Origin: an uncultured Holophagales bacterium | GTDB lineage: Bacteria; Acidobacteriota; Thermoanaerobaculia; Multivoradales; UBA5704 | DNA length: 64,000 nucleotides | Reading direction: 5' to 3' | Assembly: GCA_963842525.1 (NCBI GenBank) | Contig: CAWJGT010000007.1 | Span: forward strand, 64,001 to 128,000 | Part shown: piece after piece, positions 59,325-64,000 of the stretch | Numbering within the stretch: position 1 is the first letter of the stretch | How the letters are laid out: each line of letters starts with the position of its first letter | Program-made: the position numbers and the translations under genes | Notes under the pieces: generated by a model | What the model saw: only the letters and a program-made list of their open reading frames with translations | Databases searched by the model: none | What the model was told of the DNA's origin: nothing

Positions 59325-60854
59325 TCAATCCCGCACGGCCGGGGCCAGCAGGCTGAGGTCGGCCAGCTTTTGCTTCTCCGCCAGTGAGATCAGGTCCTTG
59401 ATGCCGCCGCCGAAGTGCCAGGCGCGGAAGCCGGCCTCCTGCATCTTCTCGGCGAGCACGGCGCTCTTCAGCCCCACCTCACAGACCAGCACGTAGGGAC
59501 GTTCGCGGTCGAAGGAGGGGTACGCCTCCAGTGCCCGCGGGAAGTCGAGCTGGAGGGAGCCGGGCCAGTGCCAGGACTTGTAGGCGCTCGTCGAGCGCAG
59601 ATCGAGGACGGTGGCTCCTTCCGGGACGCGATCCGTCTCGAGCCCGGAAGGCCCGAGGCTCTCCGGCGTGAGGCCGCGCAGGTCGTGGCTCGTGCAAACC
59701 TCGACGAGGCCGTGGAGGAGCCCGGGATCGAGGCCGGCCTCGTCGCGCAGCACATGCTGGAGCGAGGCCTTGGTCGCCGGATGCCGGGACACCATGTCGC
59801 AGTACTCGCCCACGGCCGAGGCGAGGTCGTAGACCCCTATCTTGCGGGCGAGGTCGAGGATCTCCTCCTTGTTGAAGCCGAGAAGGGGCCGCAGCACGGG
59901 CAGCACGGAGGAGGCCTGGGAGATCACTCCCAGGTTCTGCAGCGTCTGCGACGATACCTGTCCAACGGCCTCGCCGGTGATCACGCCGACCCGGCCGGTG
60001 CGGCGGGCGAGGGCCACGGCGGCGCGGACCATCTGACGCTTGAGCACGATCTGCCAGTGCAGCGGCCGGGTCTTCTCCCGCAGCTCGGCGGCGATCGGCT
60101 GGAAATCCACCTCGTAGAGCCGCGGCCGGGTGCCGTAGCTCCAGAGGTCGGCGACCACCTTCATCACCTTGAGCACGCCGAGCCGGTGCGCCGCTCCGCC
60201 AAGGTTGCAGAAGACGTAATCGACCTGCACGCCGCGCTTGAGCATCAGCCAGCTCGCGACGGCGGAATCGAAGCCGCCCGAGACCAGAGCCAGGGCGCGC
60301 CCCTCGACGCTGATGGGGAGGCCGCCCCAGCCGCGGAACTTGTCGTAGAAGAAGTGGGCGCGGCCGGGGGCTTCGGACGTGCCGGGTTCGACCTCGACGT
60401 ACGCGATCATCTCCGGATCGGCGAGCCGCACCTTGCCCGCCCCGGCGTCGAGCAGGGCGCGGCCGAGCGCCCGCTCGATGTCCAGCGAGTCGAAGGGGAT
60501 CTTCCCGCGCTCGCCGCGGCGGGAGGCGCGCACCGCGAAGGTCTTCCCGCGCAGGCTGTCCGCGAACACCGCGACCCCCTCCCGGACCAGATCCTCCATC
60601 CGCTCCCAGGGCCGGGCGACCACCATGGAGACCGACTGCAGGCCGAAGACCCGGGTCAGCACCTCCGCCGCGCGCTCGTCCGGCGTCGACAGGTACGACC
60701 GGCTCCAGGTCCGGTCGAGCTGGTAGGGGATGTAGTGCGACGAGAGAGCGTCCTGGATGTTCTTCGCCAACCGCTGCTGGAAGCGCAGACGGGTCTTGCG
60801 CGCCTTCGTATAGAAGTCGCCGGAGTGACGGAGGATGAGAAGGTGGTCAGGCAT
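59325..60854 (-). CDS. thiI: tRNA 4-thiouridine synthase with rhodanese domain
   Basis: THUMP region, SGGFDS, TGEAVGQVSSQT, RPLLG, rhodanese VCEVGLKS. Confidence 0.92.
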   Translation of the reverse strand: MPDHLLILRHSGDFYTKARKTRLRFQQRLAKNIQDALSSHYIPYQLDRTWSRSYLSTPDERAAEVLTRVFGLQSVSMVVARPWERMEDLVREGVAVFADSLRGKTFAVRASRRGERGKIPFDSLDIERALGRALLDAGAGKVRLADPEMIAYVEVEPGTSEAPGRAHFFYDKFRGWGGLPISVEGRALALVSGGFDSAVASWLMLKRGVQVDYVFCNLGGAAHRLGVLKVMKVVADLWSYGTRPRLYEVDFQPIAAELREKTRPLHWQIVLKRQMVRAAVALARRTGRVGVITGEAVGQVSSQTLQNLGVISQASSVLPVLRPLLGFNKEEILDLARKIGVYDLASAVGEYCDMVSRHPATKASLQHVLRDEAGLDPGLLHGLVEVCTSHDLRGLTPESLGPSGLETDRVPEGATVLDLRSTSAYKSWHWPGSLQLDFPRALEAYPSFDRERPYVLVCEVGLKSAVLAEKMQEAGFRAWHFGGGIKDLISLAEKQKLADLSLLAPAVRD

Positions 60855-60922
60855 GGAGTCCCGGCTCGCCGCGGCCGTGGGAGACGGATTCTAACAGGCC
60901 GCGGCGAGCGGGGATCGCCGGC

Positions 60923-61801
60923 TCAGGTGTAGGTGAAGCCGGCGGGCAACGAGCCCTTCTGATGGTCCGGGTTGGCCACCTCGACCGTCACAGGCCCGGC
61001 GTCGCCGGCGGGGGGCGTCTCGGCGGCCAGGGAGGTTCCCCCGTCCGCCACCTGGACGTTGGTTGCAGCCTGCCCGCCGAACGTCACCGCGGCTCCCTTC
61101 GCGAAGTCCTTGCCGGTGATCGCCACCGGGGTCCCACCCGCCTTGGGCCCCTCCGACGGCGACACGCTCGTGACCGTCGGCGCCGGCCCCACCGTGTTCT
61201 TTCCCTTGGGTGCCGGGGAGAGGAGGGTCTCGGAGACCTCCTTGAGCTTTTCGACCGCCTGCTCGGTGAACATGCCGATCAGGGCGGCCATGGCGGCGAA
61301 GCCGAACGGGCTGGTGTCCGAGATCTGCGACTGCGGCGAGAAGAAGCCGCCGCGGACGACCAGGTAGAAGACCGTCGCCAGACAGGCCCCGAGGACAGGG
61401 AGGGTGATGTACATCCCCGCCCAGCTCAGGACCAGCCTGCGGTTGCCGAGGTACCAATAGAAGGAGCGGAGGCTGTGGACGAGGCCTCCGAGCGCCCCGG
61501 AAAACAGGACGATGAGGAAAAGGCGCTCCTCCTCGGACAGGCAGACCGGGAGGAACCAGAAGAGCTTGGCCTCGCTCTGCTCGCCGCACTCGCCCTGGGC
61601 CGCCTGGGCTCCGCCAATCGCGGCGACGGAGCCCGCGGGCGTGTCCTCGCCGCTCGTCTCCCGGTTGGGCGGCCAGAGGACCACCAGGCTATGGATAACG
61701 ATAATGGAGACCAGGACGAAGTAGACCGTGATGACGCTGACTCCGATGGGACCCATCGGCTTGCCGCCGGGGCTCTCTCCCACTTGACCGTTGCTGGGCA
61801 T
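60923..61801 (-). CDS. Membrane protein with C-terminal IPT/TIG domain
   Basis: GALGGLVHSLRS, GMFTEQAVEKL, PTVTSVSPSEGPKAGGT. Confidence 0.75.
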   Translation of the reverse strand: MPSNGQVGESPGGKPMGPIGVSVITVYFVLVSIIVIHSLVVLWPPNRETSGEDTPAGSVAAIGGAQAAQGECGEQSEAKLFWFLPVCLSEEERLFLIVLFSGALGGLVHSLRSFYWYLGNRRLVLSWAGMYITLPVLGACLATVFYLVVRGGFFSPQSQISDTSPFGFAAMAALIGMFTEQAVEKLKEVSETLLSPAPKGKNTVGPAPTVTSVSPSEGPKAGGTPVAITGKDFAKGAAVTFGGQAATNVQVADGGTSLAAETPPAGDAGPVTVEVANPDHQKGSLPAGFTYT

Positions 61802-61917
61802 CGTGACTCCCTCCTTCGAGCGAGCGTCCGCTCCCTCCATGGGACGGATCGGCCCCGGTTTTCCCACGACGGGATCGCTACTCCGACGATGTCAGGATTC
61901 TAGCAGCAGGCACCGCG

Positions 61918-64000
61918 CTAGGGCCGCCAGACCGCGGTGAGCCACCAGCGGAGGTCGTCGCCGAAGACCTCCTCGGGATAGGGCTCGTCGAGCACACGGG
62001 CGGCTCCGGCGCGCAGGTCGATGCTGGGGAGGCGGCCGATCGGGAAGGGGCCGAACGCCCAGCGGAATTCCAGTCCGGCCAGCGAGAGCCAGTCGCCTTT
62101 CGGAGACCCGTCGAGCCAGAGGCGGTACCGCTCATAGAAGAGGGGGACCGGCAGGAAACCCAACCGCAGCTCGGCGCGCCGCCCTTCGTGCTCCGAGCCG
62201 GTGAGCGAGCCGAAGGGGAGGGCCGGGACCGGGATCAGGCCGGCCGTGGCACTCTCGGGCAGCAGGCTGCTCTCCGTGCCGCCGAGCTGGAGGAAGTCGG
62301 CGGGGTGGAGAGTCCCGCCCATGCCGTCCCTGCGCCAGGAGAGCGCGAGGCCCTCGTCCTCATGCCGGAGCCCCAGGCGCACGGTGCCACGATAGCGGCT
62401 CCATCCGTCGCCGCTGGTCCTCCCTTCCTCGACGCGAGCGCCGATCCCCGTGGTCAGGCGCCAGTGTCCCCACTGGCGCTGGCCTCTGTAGTCGGCCGCC
62501 AGCGACCCGGACGACCGGCTCAGGTCGATCCCCAGCGCCGGATCGACCTCCTCACGCAGGACCCTCCCGGCAAGGCGCAGCCCGGCTCCGGCCCACTGCC
62601 GATCCCACGCGGCCGAGAGCTCGACACCCCGGCGCTCCAGATCCAGGGTCCGCCGGAGCCGGGAGGGGACAGGATCGCGCTGCTCCGAGGCGCTCTCTGC
62701 GGACTGGAACAGATGGAAGCCCACCTCCACCGGCCATCCGCGCCAGGCGAGCGCGAAGGCTCCCCCCTCCGCCCAGCCATCCTCCGACAGCGAGCCCAGG
62801 AGCAGCCAGTCCAGCCGGCCGACGACGTCGCCGCCCCGGAGACCGATCTCCGAGAGCGACCCGGCCGAGGCGCCGCTCCAGGACAGGAGCGGCAACAGCT
62901 CCTGACGGCCGAAGCCGTACTTCCGGCCCGGAGGCACCTCCGCCAATGCGAACGGCTCCGGCGGCTCCGGGGCCGGCGGACGGATGGCCGGCGCGAGCCC
63001 GGACGGCAAATCCGCCGGAGTCGGGGACAGGCCGGCGAGCACCTCGGGCGTCAGCTCCAGGCGCCGGAGGTCCAGGCCGTCCGGCTCCAGAGACAGGTAG
63101 AACAGGGCTTTGCCGTCCGGCGTCGGGGCCGGCGCCAGGGCGGCGCCCTGGGTGCTGGTGATCCGGACAGGGCTCTTCCCTGGATCATCCGCAGAAAACG
63201 CCCAGACGTCGATGAAGCCGCGATCGCCCACCACGGCCCACACGGTGCGGCCGTCCGGGCTCCAGACCGGGGAGGACACCGTGCCGCCGGACGGCGGTGC
63301 CGTGGCGGACTCCTCGCCGGACTCCAGGTCGCGGAGGACCAGTTGCCAGGCCCCCTCGCGGTGGCGGGCGAAGGCGACCCGGCGGCCGTCCGGCGCGAGG
63401 CGCGGCCGGTCGTAGACCACCTCGACCGAAGGCTCGGTGACGTCCCGCACCTCGCCGCTCTGCAGGTCGACCCGGACGATCTGGGACATCCCGTGCCGGT
63501 TGCGCACCGCCACGGCCCAGTCCGGATCGGCCGCCACGGGCGAGGGGTCGGGGTCGCGCAGATCGACCGCGCGGGTGAGACGGCGCACGTCCCCGCTCTC
63601 GGGCTCCCAGCGGAAGAGGTCGGGATGGAGGAAGCCTTCCGGGTCAGGCTCGAAACGCACGAACAGGATCGAGCGGCCGCCCGCCATCCAGCGCGGCGTG
63701 GTCGGCTCGATCCCCTGGGGCGCGCCGAGGACGTGGAGCGGCTCGCGAGGCAGGGGCCTCGTCCGCACCGCCGGCACGTCCTCGGGATCGCGCTCGACGA
63801 GCTCCTTGCGCCGCTCCGCCCATTTCTTTTCGGCCTCCTCGTCCGGGCCGGTGGACCAGACGACGAGCCGGGAAGGGCGGTCGCGCTCGGCGAGCTCGAT
63901 CACCAGCCGTTGGCCGTCCGGCGAGACCGCGGGGTCGCCGGTGGTCCAGGAAAGGTCCTGCCAGGTGTCCCCTTCCTGGAGCGCACCGGCTTCGCGGGAG
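61918..64000 (-). CDS. PD40/TolB-like propeller plus outer-membrane barrel protein (5' end outside window)
   Basis: PAVSPDG, PRLAPDG, PVWSPDG repeats followed by amphipathic beta strands. Confidence 0.7.
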   Translation of the reverse strand, partial: SREAGALQEGDTWQDLSWTTGDPAVSPDGQRLVIELAERDRPSRLVVWSTGPDEEAEKKWAERRKELVERDPEDVPAVRTRPLPREPLHVLGAPQGIEPTTPRWMAGGRSILFVRFEPDPEGFLHPDLFRWEPESGDVRRLTRAVDLRDPDPSPVAADPDWAVAVRNRHGMSQIVRVDLQSGEVRDVTEPSVEVVYDRPRLAPDGRRVAFARHREGAWQLVLRDLESGEESATAPPSGGTVSSPVWSPDGRTVWAVVGDRGFIDVWAFSADDPGKSPVRITSTQGAALAPAPTPDGKALFYLSLEPDGLDLRRLELTPEVLAGLSPTPADLPSGLAPAIRPPAPEPPEPFALAEVPPGRKYGFGRQELLPLLSWSGASAGSLSEIGLRGGDVVGRLDWLLLGSLSEDGWAEGGAFALAWRGWPVEVGFHLFQSAESASEQRDPVPSRLRRTLDLERRGVELSAAWDRQWAGAGLRLAGRVLREEVDPALGIDLSRSSGSLAADYRGQRQWGHWRLTTGIGARVEEGRTSGDGWSRYRGTVRLGLRHEDEGLALSWRRDGMGGTLHPADFLQLGGTESSLLPESATAGLIPVPALPFGSLTGSEHEGRRAELRLGFLPVPLFYERYRLWLDGSPKGDWLSLAGLEFRWAFGPFPIGRLPSIDLRAGAARVLDEPYPEEVFGDDLRWWLTAVWRP

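Overview
GC-rich bacterial window. Gene content and repeat types suggest Acidobacteriota (Thermoanaerobaculia-like); this is inference. Many genes carry single-base frameshifts, probably long-read errors. Layout: (1) 3' end of glnS, then an accessory patch with two toxin-antitoxin (TA) pairs, a Cys-rich secreted peptide, a broken tonB, an NpmA/KamB-type 16S rRNA m1A1408 methyltransferase and a scabin/enterotoxin-like ADP-ribosyltransferase. (2) A cell-envelope glycosylation cluster, ~7-22 kb. (3) A regulatory island, 22.8-30.4 kb, of XRE-HTH, HxxxCxxC and TPR proteins, in which two HTH-TPR paralogues flank a small secreted propeptide with a duplicated C-R-x-D-P-N-G-Q-C core. This is the best candidate for an undescribed system: RRNPP-like peptide signalling in a diderm. 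(4) An IS66 element, gene debris, an AbiEii pair, an ABC exporter pair and a TIR-TM-beta-propeller protein. (5) A potassium-uptake island (kdpFABC, split KdpD, a His-less kinase, porin, KdpE, second sensor, kup) with a shared 11-bp-periodic operator. (6) GGDEF-EAL, thioesterase, thiI, IPT/TIG and PD40 genes. REP-like palindromes are repeatedly translated into protein termini. No rRNA, tRNA or CRISPR array was seen.
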